From: Mantamonas sphyraenae STR306
Taxonomy: Eukaryota > Protista > CRuMs
DNA length: 64,000 nt
Direction: 5' to 3'
Assembly (NCBI GenBank): GCA_026936335.1
Contig: JAPMXV010000034.1
Location: 558,001-622,000, forward strand
This document shows, piece by piece, positions 61,241 through 64,000 of this stretch. The stretch's first letter is position 1; each line of letters begins with the position of its first letter. The translations under genes and the position numbers were made by a program. Below the pieces are notes generated by a model. The model saw only the letters and a list, made by a program, of their open reading frames with translations, ran no database searches and was not told the DNA's origin.

Positions 61241-64000
61241 GATTCGTGAGCAAGAGCGAGACCCCTTTACCGCAACCACCATCCACACCACCAACATCCA
61301 TCCACCAACACCCTTTGTGACTGAGAACACACCAGCCGTCATCACCATTGCCCTTCCCCCCTCACCTCTGGTGCCTCCCAAACTGGCCCCAAGCCTCGCT
61401 CCTGCACACGACCCCCGCAAAGTACAGAGAGGGTCCTTCACCACAGCCATCATCCCAGACCACCATCATCCATCCACCAACACCCTTTGTGACTGAGAAC
61501 ACACCAGCATTCGTCACCATTACCCTCCACCCTGACCTTCCAAACAGACCCTGTGCAGCACTGGTGCACGACCCAAACCGTGAGCTAAAGCGAGACCCGT
61601 TCACAACAACCACCATCCAGATCACCAGCGTCCACCCACACGCACTCATTGCTACTGGAATCACACCAGCCGTCGTCACCATTGCCCTCCTCCCCCCACC
61701 TCTGGTGCCTCCCAAACTGGCCCCAAGCTTCGTTCCTGCACAAGACCCCCGCAAAGTACAGAGAGGGTCCTTCACCACAGCCATCATCCCAGACCACCAT
61801 CATCCATCCACCAACACCCATTGTGACTGAGAACACACCAGCCGTCGTCACCATTCCCCTCCACTCTGATGACCTGTGGTGCCTCCCAAACTGGCCCCAA
61901 GCTTCGTTCCTGCACACGACCCCCGCAAAGTACAGAGAGGGTCCTTCACCACAGCCATCATCCCAGACCACCATCATCCATCCACCAACACCCATTGTGA
62001 CTGAGAACACACCAGCCGTCGTCACCATTCCCCTCCACCCTGACCTTCCAAACAGACCCTGTGCAGCACTGGTGCACGACCCAAACCGTGAGCTAAAGCG
62101 AGACCCGTTCACAACAACCACCGTCCAGATCACCAGCGTCCACCCACACGCACTCATTGCTACTGGAATCACACCAGCCGTCGTCACCATTGCCCTTCCC
62201 CCCTCACCTCTGGTGCCTCCCAAACTGGCCCCAAGTCTCGCTCCTGCACACGACCCCCGCAAAGTACAGAGAGGGTCCTTCACCACAGCCATCATCCCAG
62301 ACCACCATCATCCATCCACCAACACCCATTGTGACTGAGAACACACCAGCCGTCGTCACCATTCCCCTCCACTCTGACCTGTGGTGCCTCCCAAACTGGC
62401 CCCAAGCTTCGTTCCTGCACACGACCCCCGCAAAGTACAGAGAGGGTCCTTCACCACAGCCATCATCCCAGACCACCAACATCCATCCACCAACACCCAT
62501 TGTGACTGAGAACACACCAGCCGTCGTCACCATTCCCCTCCACTCTGACCTGTGGTGCCTCCCAAACTGGCCCCAAGCCTCGCTCCTGCACACGACCCCC
62601 GCAAAGTACAGAGAGGGTCCTTCACCACAGCCATCATCCCAGACCACCATCATCCATCCACCAACACCCATTGTGACTGAGAACACACCAGCCGTCGTCA
62701 CCATTGCCCTTCCCCCCTCACCTCTGGTGCCTCCCAAACTGGCCCCAAGCCTCGCTCCTGCACACGACCCCCGCAAAGTACAGAGAGGGTCCTTCACCAC
62801 AGCCATCATCCCAGACCACCATCATCCATCCACCAACACCCATTGTGACTGAGAACACACCAGCCGTCATCACCATTCCCCTCCACTCTGACCTGTGGTG
62901 CCTCCCAAACTGGCAAGCTTCGTTCCTGCACACGACCCCCGCAAAGTACAGAGAGGGTCCTTCACCACAGCCATCATCCCAGACCACCATCATCCATCCA
63001 CCAACACCCATTGTGACTGAGAACACACCAGCCGTCGTCACCATTGCCCTTCCCCCCTCACCTCTGGTGCCTCCCAAACTGGCCCCAAGCTTCGTTCCTG
63101 CACACGACCCCCGCAAAGTACAGAGAGGGTCCTTCACCACAGCCATCATCCCAGACCACCATCATCCATCCACCAACACCCATTGTGACTGAGAACACAC
63201 CAGCCGTCGTCACCATTCCCCTCCACCCTGACCTTCCAAACAGACCCTGTGCAGCACTGGTGCACGACCCAAACCGTGAGCTAAAGCGAGACCCGTTCAC
63301 AACAACCACCGTCCAGATCACCAGCGTCCACCCACACGCACTCATTGCTACTGGAATCACACCAGCCGTCGTCACCATTGCCCTTCCCCCCTCACCTCTG
63401 GTGCCTCCCAAACTGGCCCCAAGTCTCGCTCCTGCACACGACCCCCGCAAAGTACAGAGAGGGTCCTTCACCACAGCCATCATCCCAGACCACCATCATC
63501 CATCCACCAACACCCATTGTGACTGAGAACACACCAGCCGTCGTCACCATTTGCCCTTCCCCCCTCACCTCTGGTGCCTCCCAAACTGGCCCCAAGCCTC
63601 GCTCCTGCACACGACCCCCGCAAAGTACAGAGAGGGTCCTTCACCACAGCCATCATCCCAGACCACCATCATCCATCCACCAACACCCATTGTGACTGAG
63701 AACACACCAGCCGTCGTCACCATTCCCCTCCACCCTGACCTTCCAAACAGACCCTGTGCAGCACTGGTGCACGACCCAAACCGTGAGCTAAAGCGAGACC
63801 CGTTCACAACAACCACCATCCAGATCACCAGCGTCCACCCACACGCACTCATTGCTACTGGAATCACACCAGCCGTCGTCACCATTGCCCTTCCCCCCTC
63901 ACCTCTGGTGCCTCCCAAACTGGCCCCAAGTCTCGCTCCTGCACACGACCCCCGCAAAGTACAGAGAGGGTCCTTCACCACAGCCATCATCCCAGACCAC
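61241..64000 (-). repeat. Satellite array 2: same monomers in inverted orientation, continuing off the window
   Basis: An a/b hybrid edge unit is followed by approximately a b a a b a a a a a a b a a b a. Confidence 0.95.

Noticed and set aside
56470-64000. CRISPR-like array (constant core plus variable spacers)
   Set aside because: There are only two spacer types, which are homologous to each other; units are ~170 bp; no cas genes; eukaryotic context.

Overview
Gene-dense, GC-rich eukaryotic (probably unicellular, flagellated) nuclear DNA with spliceosomal introns and very short intergenic spacers. About 24 protein genes lie in 1-54 kb: LPCAT-like acyltransferase, FAD oxidoreductase, a SHIP-like inositol 5-phosphatase with unusual fusions, tandem-PX protein, NOP56 (with an intronic C/D snoRNA), Kelch protein, two CK2-alpha paralogs, CHFR, LRRIQ3-like, APC16-like, HRG1-like, DUF445, an RIIa/pseudo-nucleotidase fusion, AASS, ankyrin, MSC7/ALDH22-type ALDH, TPR, DDB1-like, a multipass membrane protein, MCM4 and a C2-TM protein. 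Several single-base frame breaks look like long-read indel errors. The last 9 kb is a repeat domain. Two oppositely oriented satellite arrays built from 171-bp and 162-bp monomers flank a cytochrome b5 reductase gene, and an ~850-bp inverted duplication carries tRNA-Phe. A + strand G skew that builds up across the window flips there. My best candidate for an undescribed system is a tRNA-bounded, inverted, two-monomer satellite centromere/origin domain. Other highlights are a signal-peptide-bearing CK2-alpha in patchwork gene conversion with its paralog and ~75-85 bp bidirectional promoters, two of which share an 18-bp motif. All family calls are by eye from remembered motifs; no searches were run.
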